Shown: positions 1 through 6,614 of the stretch, piece after piece | Layout: each line of letters starts with the position of its first letter | Position numbering within the stretch: position 1 is the first letter of the stretch | Assembly: GCA_026392325.1 (NCBI GenBank) | Contig: JAPLCH010000237.1 | Location: 1-34,882 of the forward strand | Length of the DNA: 34,882 nucleotides | DNA from: Solirubrobacterales bacterium | GTDB lineage: Bacteria > Actinomycetota > Thermoleophilia > Solirubrobacterales > Solirubrobacteraceae | Direction of reading: 5' to 3' | Notes under the pieces: generated by a model | Database searches by the model: none | Told to the model about the DNA's origin: nothing | The model's input: the letters and a program-made list of their open reading frames with translations, nothing else | Position numbers and translations under genes: made by a program

Positions 1-2
1 GA

Positions 3-200
3 GCTGTCTTTGCTGAACAGGCAGGTGGTGACTCAGGGCTGGGGTTTGTAATCCAGCAGGCTCTCCCCCAGCTGTTGACGGCACGAGCCTACGCAGCAGT
101 CGTTGTGCTCTCAGCACTTGCCCTTGCAGCGTTCCTGCTGCTCACAATCGCCCAGAAAAGGCTCATGCCGTGGACCCGGCTGGGAGAATCACAGCGATGA
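3..200 (+). CDS. ABC transporter permease, C-terminal fragment (5' end outside window)
   Basis: Frame 3 is open from the window edge to TGA 198-200. The translation AVFAEQAGGDSGLGFVIQQALPQLLTARAYAAVVVLSALALAAFLLLTIAQKRLMPW looks like the last TM helix of an SsuC/TauC-type permease. Its stop overlaps the next ATG (197-199) in an ATGA junction. Confidence 0.55.
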   Translation, partial: AVFAEQAGGDSGLGFVIQQALPQLLTARAYAAVVVLSALALAAFLLLTIAQKRLMPWTRLGESQR

Positions 201-994
201 GCATTCGCAGCATCACCTTTACGACTCTTGTCATCGGCACCGCCACCTTCGCCGTTGGCTGCGGAGGCAAGGTTGAATCAACGACAACCAAGACCGACAC
301 AGCCGTGACTGTCGCTCTCCCAGCCCACCCGTCCCCAGCTTCCCTCTGTCTCTACGCGGCCTTGGAGAACGGCGGATATGCAGGTTCAGGACTTGTCGTC
401 ACGCTAAGCCCCCAAGCAAACTCCGCAGCCCCACTCGAGATGCTAGGCAACGGGCGCGCGGACATTGCTGTGACCACACCTCAGACGCTCATCAATCAGC
501 GTGACGGAGGAGCCCCGCTGATCTCCATTGCCGCATTGGCCAGGCAGACACTCAGCTATGGCGCGCTTAAGCCACCTGGCAAGTCCGCTCAGGCCAAGGC
601 TGCCCGACTTCGACATGCCTCAGCGCTTGCCGGCGGACCAAACGCTCCGGCAGTGCTTGTCACATCCCGCGCCAATGTTTCGGACCACGGGGCCATGCTG
701 CGCCGGTTCCTGCAGGCCACGGGAAGAGCCTGCCAACCGGCTGGCAGCGCGGTGGCTGACGGACTCAAGTCTTGGAAGAAGGCGGGCGGCAGAACACGGG
801 CCGGCAAGGAGAAGGCGAGTGCTGCTGCCTTGGCGCCCAACAGTGCGCGGGGCGGAAACCCATGGGGTTGGCAACAACCTTCACAGTGGACTGCACTCGT
901 TACCGCGCTTCAAACCAGCGGCCAGCTTCGGGGCGCGATCGCGCCTGACACAGTCTTCACCAACGAGTTCCTCGCGGGGCAGGGAACTTCCTGA
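197..994 (+). CDS. Substrate-binding lipoprotein, NMT1/THI5/SsuA-like (unusually short)
   Basis: I trimmed the ORF 170..994 to the ATG at 197 that overlaps the upstream stop. It has a signal peptide with lipobox (TATFAVGC). The N-terminal part LCLYAALENGGYAGSGLVVTL...LGNGRADIAV and the C-terminal WGWQQPSQWTALV...FTNEFL resemble NMT1/SsuA-type binding proteins. Confidence 0.7.
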   Translation: MSIRSITFTTLVIGTATFAVGCGGKVESTTTKTDTAVTVALPAHPSPASLCLYAALENGGYAGSGLVVTLSPQANSAAPLEMLGNGRADIAVTTPQTLINQRDGGAPLISIAALARQTLSYGALKPPGKSAQAKAARLRHASALAGGPNAPAVLVTSRANVSDHGAMLRRFLQATGRACQPAGSAVADGLKSWKKAGGRTRAGKEKASAAALAPNSARGGNPWGWQQPSQWTALVTALQTSGQLRGAIAPDTVFTNEFLAGQGTS

Positions 995-1005
995 CCTGAA
1001 GGACT

Positions 1006-1022
1006 CCCAGCCCTCGGCTGGG
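1006..1022. terminator. Small GC hairpin between convergent genes (possible bidirectional terminator)
   Basis: CCCAGCC-ctc-GGCTGGG is a 7-bp perfect stem with a 3-nt loop. It lies between the stop at 994 (+) and the stop at 1030 (-). There is no T-tract. Confidence 0.3.
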
Positions 1023-1029
1023 ACAGACC

Positions 1030-1323
1030 TCAGCGCTCAGCGAGCCTGTGAATGTCGATCAGAATGCTGGTGGTTGACTCGATGGCGGGCAGGCGGTCGG
1101 CCTTGCGCCTTCCATTCAGTCGACGCTGGGGACTGTGGCTGTTGACTCGGGCGACTGCGGCTGCTGTCAGTGCGCCGGCGGCAGCTCCCACAGTTGCCAC
1201 TGCTGCTGCTTTGGCCACTGGAGCAAGCGAATGGGCACGCTGAACTACAGCAGCCCTGCGGCTTGTGATCTCGACCAGCTCGCCCTCAAGCAGCTCGTCA
1301 TCCCTGTGGTCGAAGGAATCCAT
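1030..1323 (-). CDS. Hypothetical small protein with central Ala-rich hydrophobic segment
   Basis: 97-aa ORF with ATG start, 51 nt downstream of the GNAT gene on the same strand. It has an acidic N-terminus and an AAAVATVGAAAGALTAAAVA putative TM helix. I recognise no family. Confidence 0.4.
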   Translation of the reverse strand: MDSFDHRDDELLEGELVEITSRRAAVVQRAHSLAPVAKAAAVATVGAAAGALTAAAVARVNSHSPQRRLNGRRKADRLPAIESTTSILIDIHRLAER

Positions 1324-1374
1324 CAGGCGTGATCATGCCGACCGGTGCGGTCGGAGTGATTGAACTTCCCTGCG

Positions 1375-2451
1375 CTACGCCCCAAAAGGCTGCGGGCGCT
1401 CAGGTACTGCGTCAGGCTCCAGCAAGATCTCGTAAACGCGATATGAACGGGTGACCTCGCCGCCCATTCCCTCCATCGCCCGGTTCATGGGAATGTTGGT
1501 CTCAAGGATCCAGCCAGTCTCGCCCTCCGCCTGTGGCGTTCTGGCGGCTGCGTCGTAGTGCAACGCGTACATCTTGGCCGCGACGCCCGCGTGTTGGAAT
1601 TCCTTGCGTACTCCGAGAGCAAAGACGCGAACGCGGTCAATCTTACGCTTGTACCAAAGGGCTTTGGCCCAACCGAATGGCAAGAGCCGCCCGTTGAGTC
1701 GAGCAAATACTTGGTTCCAGTCAGGCAGCGTCAGCGAAGCACCGACTATCTCCCCGTCCTTCTCTGCGATGTAGGCCCAGTTCTTGTCAAGAACAGGCTT
1801 CAGGCTCTTTGCCATGTGCTGCGCTTGGTCCATCTCGATCGGGACGAACGCCCAGTTGCGCTTCCATGCCTCGTTGTAGAGCTCGACAAACGCGGGAATC
1901 TCAACCTTGAGGTTGCGAGGGTTCATTGGCCGCACCGTGATTCCGTGTTTGGACTCAACCTCGTCGGCGACTTGGAAGATCGATGGGTGGACTGCACTCC
2001 TGTCCTTCACGTGGAGACTCCACATGTTCAGGTCGATCACCTTATCCAGGCCGGATCCCTCAAGCAAGGCTGGGTAGTACGGCATCGTCCAATCGGTAAG
2101 TACCGATGGCGCGAGGTCAAACCCGCTTACAAGCACACCGCATTCCTCATTCGTGGTGAAGCTCATTGGGCCGGTCGCGCGGTCACAGCCTCGAGCTGTG
2201 AGCCACTCGCTCGCAGCCTTGATAAGGGCATCCGAGGCTTCCTGGTCGTCCTCGCACTCATAGAAGCCGAACAGGCCCCAGCGATTGTTCTGAAACTCGT
2301 TGAGCTTGTGGTCTACGTGAGCGCAGAGCCGACCGACAACGCGGCCATCACGCCGGGCAAGGAAGTACTCGATCTCAGCATGGTTGAAAAATGGGTTCTT
2401 CTTGCGGTCCAGAACCTGCTTGCGCTCAAACCGGAGCGGAGGAACCCACAT
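1375..2451 (-). CDS. Large GNAT-family N-acyltransferase (uncharacterised ~360-400 aa family)
   Basis: The motifs WVPPL, NPFFNHAEIEYFLARRDGRVVGR, WGLFGFYECEDD, GPMSFTTNEECGVLV and the C-terminal acetyltransferase core FALGVRKEFQHAGVAAKMY...GWILETN match the widespread uncharacterised GNAT family as I remember it. The start is uncertain (see finding). Confidence 0.85.
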   Translation of the reverse strand: MWVPPLRFERKQVLDRKKNPFFNHAEIEYFLARRDGRVVGRLCAHVDHKLNEFQNNRWGLFGFYECEDDQEASDALIKAASEWLTARGCDRATGPMSFTTNEECGVLVSGFDLAPSVLTDWTMPYYPALLEGSGLDKVIDLNMWSLHVKDRSAVHPSIFQVADEVESKHGITVRPMNPRNLKVEIPAFVELYNEAWKRNWAFVPIEMDQAQHMAKSLKPVLDKNWAYIAEKDGEIVGASLTLPDWNQVFARLNGRLLPFGWAKALWYKRKIDRVRVFALGVRKEFQHAGVAAKMYALHYDAAARTPQAEGETGWILETNIPMNRAMEGMGGEVTRSYRVYEILLEPDAVPERPQPFGA

Positions 2452-2542
2452 TGGCTCGTTACGATAAAGCCGATATGGCAGCCCAACACACTCCTTGCTG
2501 GGCTGATCTCGACCGACACAGAAGGCACCCTACATCCCGACC

Positions 2543-3787
2543 ATGCCGACTCCCCCTGACGTATTTGCGAAAGTCCGCGGCCATGACCGTGAGGAACAGC
2601 TGCGCGCTGCTCGGGAAGCGGACATCCTTCCTTACTTCAGGCTGGTTGAGTCACCCGCAGCACCAATAGTTGAGATGGAAGGCCAAGAGCGTGTGATGCT
2701 CGGTTCCAACAACTACCTCGGCCTCACCGGGGATCCGCGGGTCATTGAGGGAGCACGCTCCGCCCTGGAGACATACGGGACCGGACTGACGGGCTCCCGG
2801 CTCCTCAATGGGACAACACCACTTCATGTTGAGCTTGAGGAGCATCTTGCCCGCTGGATGGGCACGGAGGACGCAATCGTCTTCACGACAGGGCATCAGG
2901 CAAACATGGGCGCCCTGGGGACGCTTCTTGGAGTTGGAGATACCGTTGTCGTGGATTCAGCCGCCCACGCATCCATTCTCGACGGAATCATCCTGTCGAA
3001 GGCGAAGATGCGCCCATTCCGCCACAACCAGCTCGACAAGCTCGAGCGGCAGCTGCAGCGCGCCTCAGACGACGGTGGAGGCGTTCTGGTGGTCGCTGAG
3101 GGCCTTTACTCGATGGAAGGTGACGTTGGGCCACTTCAGGGCATTGCGGAGCTCACAAAGCGTTATGGCGCTCGACTGATGATTGATGAGGCTCACAGCG
3201 TCGGCGTGCTCGGGGCTCGCGGCACGGGCGCAGCGGAACTCTTTGGAATTGAGGATCAGACGGACCTGAGGATGGGAACGTTCTCCAAGTCCTTCGCTTC
3301 GTGTGGTGGGTTCATCGCCGGCAGCGCCGAGGTAGTCGACTACCTGCGCGTCTCAAGCCGCTCATACATCTTCACTGCCTCCGGAGTCCCAGCAGCAGTC
3401 GGGGCAACCCACGCAGCTTTGAAGATCATCGATTCGGATGAGGGGAAAGAACTGTTCGCTCTGCTCCTCGCAAATGCAGCACGGCTTGCCGACGGATTGA
3501 CGGCGCTCGGATTCCGAGTGATTCAAAGTGAGGGTGGGATTGTGACCCCCGTTGTCCCAGTTCTTGTCGAGGACGACTGGAAGGCAGTCCTGCTCTGGAA
3601 AGCGCTCTATGACGCTGGAGTATTCGTCAATGTTGCAATTCACCCGGCCGTCCAGCCTGGAGGGGCATTACTTCGCACCAGCGTGATGGCGACTCATGAT
3701 GAGGAAACGATTGACCGCGCTCTTGGCGCGTTCGCTTCCGTCAAGGCGAGTTTCGAGGCCGAGCACGGCCCGCTGCCCGCTGCCTGA
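2543..3787 (+). CDS. PLP-dependent alpha-oxoamine synthase (serine palmitoyltransferase / KBL / BioF family)
   Basis: Motifs GSNNYLGL, GSRLLNGT, HASILDG, SMEGD, IDEAHSVG and the PLP-lysine motif GTFSKSFASCGGF are present. The 414-aa length is typical of the family. Confidence 0.93.
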   Translation: MPTPPDVFAKVRGHDREEQLRAAREADILPYFRLVESPAAPIVEMEGQERVMLGSNNYLGLTGDPRVIEGARSALETYGTGLTGSRLLNGTTPLHVELEEHLARWMGTEDAIVFTTGHQANMGALGTLLGVGDTVVVDSAAHASILDGIILSKAKMRPFRHNQLDKLERQLQRASDDGGGVLVVAEGLYSMEGDVGPLQGIAELTKRYGARLMIDEAHSVGVLGARGTGAAELFGIEDQTDLRMGTFSKSFASCGGFIAGSAEVVDYLRVSSRSYIFTASGVPAAVGATHAALKIIDSDEGKELFALLLANAARLADGLTALGFRVIQSEGGIVTPVVPVLVEDDWKAVLLWKALYDAGVFVNVAIHPAVQPGGALLRTSVMATHDEETIDRALGAFASVKASFEAEHGPLPAA

Positions 3788-4051
3788 GCTTCGGCCTTTC
3801 CGCAAACCTTCGATTTTGAGCGGCGCTTCGGCACGGAATACCCGCTAAGAGCGCATCTTCTTCCGTCGCGGGCCTTGCGCGATCTGTTTGCTTTGAATAC
3901 GTTCACCTTCTGCCCACGGATCGGCCGGAGGACCGGATTCGAAGCAGACAATTCAGCAGTACAGCGCACGGACGCCCCCACCATCCGCTGCTTTGGCAAA
4001 CCCAATTTGGGTTGCCTGCACCATCCAAAGACCACCCTGAGGAGACCAAAG

Positions 4052-4399
4052 ATGACGCAGAAGACAGCCACGGCAACCACCCCCGAGCCACAGCACCTAG
4101 TGGCCCTTGCACGAGCCAACAGTGTTCGTCTTGCCCGAGCCGCATTGAAGAGAGAAATTGCAGCAGGAGAAACGCTTGTCGGACAGGTCCTGCTTGACGG
4201 ACCATGGGAAGTTGAAAGCATGACCGTCGCCGACCTTCTGGCCTGCCAGCGTCGTTGGGGCGTCACCCGATGCCGCAGGTTCCTTGCGAAGTCACGGATT
4301 TCCGAAACCCGCACAGTCGGAACTTTGACTCAGCGTCAACGTGGCGAGCTTTCAGACCGCCTGTTCGCGGAGCCCAGCCTCAGCGCTGTTGGTTCCTGA
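4052..4399 (+). CDS. mihF: Integration host factor-like nucleoid protein (actinobacterial mIHF family)
   Basis: I trimmed the ORF 3875..4399 to ATG 4052, which follows GGAG at 4041-4044. The sequence LARANSVRLARAALKREIAAG...MTVADLLACQRRWGVTRCRRFLAKSRISETRTVGTLTQRQRGEL parallels the mIHF layout (helix, then a helix-hairpin-helix-like ...ISE.R.V..L...Q...L). Confidence 0.75.
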   Translation: MTQKTATATTPEPQHLVALARANSVRLARAALKREIAAGETLVGQVLLDGPWEVESMTVADLLACQRRWGVTRCRRFLAKSRISETRTVGTLTQRQRGELSDRLFAEPSLSAVGS

Positions 4400-4850
4400 G
4401 CTCGCGCTCAGCTTTTCGCTTCACAAAATCAGACCTGATCGGCAGGAAACAGGCGATCAGGACGCCGACCGCGGCGACAGGCATCACGGCGCTGGGCACG
4501 TGAGCGAGCGCAAGCAGTCCAACTGCGACCGCAGCGGGAAGTCCTGCAAGTACCGCGGCATGCGACCGATAGCCTGATCGGTGCTCCCTCAGAGCCTGTT
4601 CAAAGCCTGCCGCCGATCCGAGCAACAGCCCAGTGACGAGAACTGTGGTGCCAGTCTTCCCCCCGGCGACGAATCCGCCAACGGCTAGAACCAACGCGAC
4701 CACAACAGCAATCTCGCTTAGTGGAAATGGCGCCCAAGGTGGCTTCGGCGGAGCGTCCTTCTCAGCCACCTCAACAGGTTCGTGGCTAATCAGCCCAGTT
4801 GGTGCTGCGGTTGGCGCGCCACCAACCCGACGCCGAGAGCGCTTTCCCAA
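4380..4850 (-). CDS. Hypothetical integral membrane protein (last gene of the Mce-MMPL operon)
   Basis: TTG start at 4850 lies 6 nt after GAGGGA and 10 nt after the upstream stop. It has a basic N-terminus and about four hydrophobic helices (IAVVVALVLAVGGFVAG, VLVTGLLLGSAAG, AAVLAGLPAAVAVGLLALA, VMPVAAVGVLIACFL). Confidence 0.7.
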   Translation of the reverse strand: MGKRSRRRVGGAPTAAPTGLISHEPVEVAEKDAPPKPPWAPFPLSEIAVVVALVLAVGGFVAGGKTGTTVLVTGLLLGSAAGFEQALREHRSGYRSHAAVLAGLPAAVAVGLLALAHVPSAVMPVAAVGVLIACFLPIRSDFVKRKAERELRNQQR

Positions 4851-4860
4851 GGTCAGTCCC

Positions 4861-5373
4861 TCACAGGACTGTCAGAGCGCGGCGCTTGCCGCTGTCGCAA
4901 ATTAGGGGACACCCTGAGGAGATCTTCACATGCCACCAACCCGCCAGCATTCCGATCAACCCCAAACGCGGGCGAACATGCCAGTGGCCGCAACCAGGAA
5001 GGCCCAGGTCGTCGCGTGATACCCGCAGCCATCTGTAGCTCTTTGGGTCGGAGAGCATCAGCTCAATCTGCACTCTGGCGTCGTCTTGCCGTGACCGAAC
5101 GGTGGTCAGCTGCGCTCGGGCATCCTCCAACCGGAGGGCAAGTGCATCCCGTCGGGATTCGAGCTGCCCAAGTGACATCAGCCGGGGTGGTCCCGGCTGA
5201 AGGGGCGCCAGGTCAAGTGCAAGCGGATGGGCCTCAGCCACAAGTCCGACAGTTGCCGCCTCAATCCGCGCAATCTGAGCTTTCAAAGCATCCCGCGCTC
5301 CGGCATGCAGAATCGCATCCTCAACCAGTGCCGGTGATGGACTGCGGTGGGTGGCTGCAAAGGTCGTGCTCAC
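4861..5373 (-). CDS. Hypothetical protein, coiled-coil N-terminal half plus Cys/His/Trp-rich C-terminal motif
   Basis: GTG start. The helical segments ALKAQIARIEAAT... and RRDALALRLEDARAQLTTVRSRQDDARVQIE are followed by PGCGHWHVRPRLGLIGMLAGWWHVKISSGCP. It is on the same strand as the Mce operon and tightly spaced. Confidence 0.6.
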   Translation of the reverse strand: MSTTFAATHRSPSPALVEDAILHAGARDALKAQIARIEAATVGLVAEAHPLALDLAPLQPGPPRLMSLGQLESRRDALALRLEDARAQLTTVRSRQDDARVQIELMLSDPKSYRWLRVSRDDLGLPGCGHWHVRPRLGLIGMLAGWWHVKISSGCPLICDSGKRRALTVL

Positions 5374-5424
5374 AACACTTTCAGCGTACCAGCGAGTTCA
5401 GCCCCCAGAGCCGGGAGTTCCGAC

Positions 5425-6030
5425 TCAGGTGGTGACACAGAGGTCGATTGCCCGTTCAAGCGCCAGCTCAACAATCTCTGCGACAACGCCCGGCGCGAGC
5501 AGCGACACCAAGCACATCTGCTCCGACTTGCGGGTGACTTCAAACTCGGAATTTGGTTCCCCGAAAAGAGTTGCCATTCGCAGGTCGCCATAACGAAGCT
5601 CAACCACGCCGGTGTTCGGGTCTGACCAAAGTGAAACACGAAGCTCTGAGGGTTCTTTGGGAACCCCGAACGCCCAGATGGGAATTCCTGTCTCAAGCGT
5701 CGCGAGGGTGATCGCGTCCGAGGGGATGCCCGAGGGCCGGAACCCTCCCTCCAGCAGACGCCTCCTGATGACATCCTCAGCTGTCCCTTCCCCCACGGAG
5801 GGATCCATGCCAAGTTGGGCTCGTAAGGCCCTGTAGAGAGCTGCAACCGGCTCTGCTGCAACCCGGACAGCCTGGGCACCTGTAATGCGATCCGCTGCAA
5901 GGTCAAGCTCCTGGCTGAGCCCAGCGGGAGTCTTGCTTGGCCCACCCGCTACGAAGCAGAACCGGACCCCCATTCCAGGGAACTCAGACTCGACTTCCGG
6001 GGAGACAGCTCCGACAAGAATCCCACTCAT
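5425..6030 (-). CDS. Hypothetical soluble protein (unknown family)
   Basis: Its ATG overlaps the stop of the upstream redoxin-like gene (ATGA at 6027-6030). The 201-aa sequence has a globular-looking composition. I preferred it over the overlapping alternative-frame ORF 5370..5945. Confidence 0.6.
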   Translation of the reverse strand: MSGILVGAVSPEVESEFPGMGVRFCFVAGGPSKTPAGLSQELDLAADRITGAQAVRVAAEPVAALYRALRAQLGMDPSVGEGTAEDVIRRRLLEGGFRPSGIPSDAITLATLETGIPIWAFGVPKEPSELRVSLWSDPNTGVVELRYGDLRMATLFGEPNSEFEVTRKSEQMCLVSLLAPGVVAEIVELALERAIDLCVTT

Positions 6031-6614
6031 CTGGTCGGCCGATCAAGCAGTGCATTGACATTTTTGACAAGCCAACCGGGCCTGTCAACCGATGATCCAA
6101 TCAATGTCCCGCGAACCTGGCCGCCGCGCGCTCCAACCACCACAGTCGGGCAGACCGCAATCCCATAACGGGTGGCAAGCGCACCATCTCTATCCCAGAT
6201 ACTCGTCACATCAGGGACACGCAGAGCCAGCCGGGCCAGCTCGCGGCGACCTCCGCGCAAGCCAACGAGCACAACGGTAGACCCGGGAAGGCGCTGTCGC
6301 AGGACAGACAACGACCCGGCAATCGCCGAGCACTGCTTGTCGGAAACTGTCACGAAGGCCAATACCAGCGGGCCCTTCTTCAACGGGGCACATGAGGTGA
6401 AAGCCCCCAAGATCTGAACACTGCAAGCGCTTGGGGAAAGGTTGACATCCCCATTGAGAGCAGAGAGCGCCAGTGGAGCAGCAAATGGGGGCATCTGCGA
6501 TCCAACCTCGGGGCCCTTGGCTCCAGTGCCCTTGTGTCCGGTCGTCACATAGAAGCCGATCACGAACAGGGCTCCAAGACCAACGACTCCAGCAAGGAGG
6601 GGCCCGCGCCTCAC
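6027..6614 (-). CDS. Membrane-anchored thioredoxin-fold (TlpA/redoxin-like) protein lacking the CxxC motif
   Basis: GTG start overlaps the MMPL stop (GTGA at 6611-6614). An N-terminal TM anchor (LLAGVVGLGALFVIGFYV) is followed by the layout PPFAAP...GPLVLAFVTVSDKQCS...IWDRDGALATRYGIAVCPTVVV, which resembles TlpA/ResA. DKQC sits where WCxxC is expected. Confidence 0.65.
   Translation of the reverse strand: MRRGPLLAGVVGLGALFVIGFYVTTGHKGTGAKGPEVGSQMPPFAAPLALSALNGDVNLSPSACSVQILGAFTSCAPLKKGPLVLAFVTVSDKQCSAIAGSLSVLRQRLPGSTVVLVGLRGGRRELARLALRVPDVTSIWDRDGALATRYGIAVCPTVVVGARGGQVRGTLIGSSVDRPGWLVKNVNALLDRPTR

Noticed and set aside
1558-2559. 333-aa plus-strand ORF antisense to the GNAT gene
   Set aside because: It lies entirely within and opposite to a gene with clear family motifs. 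Its translation is Arg/Leu/Val-rich with no recognisable motif. This is a typical shadow ORF of high-GC DNA.
3694-4314. 206-aa minus-strand ORF, and the 174-aa extended version of the mIHF ORF starting at 3875
   Set aside because: The minus-strand ORF is antisense to the mIHF-like gene. For the plus-strand ORF, the family-like sequence begins at ATG 4052, which has a GGAG SD, and the upstream 59 codons look non-coding.
4782-5435. 217-aa plus-strand ORF opposite 4861..5373
   Set aside because: It has a low-complexity Arg/Pro/Ser-rich translation and its orientation breaks an otherwise continuous minus-strand operon. Confidence in this rejection is moderate, because 4861..5373 itself has no assigned family.
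5370-5945. 191-aa alternative-frame minus-strand ORF overlapping 5425..6030
   Set aside because: The 5425..6030 frame starts in an ATGA overlap with the upstream gene and has a more globular composition. The alternative frame is Arg/Ser/Pro/Leu-rich.
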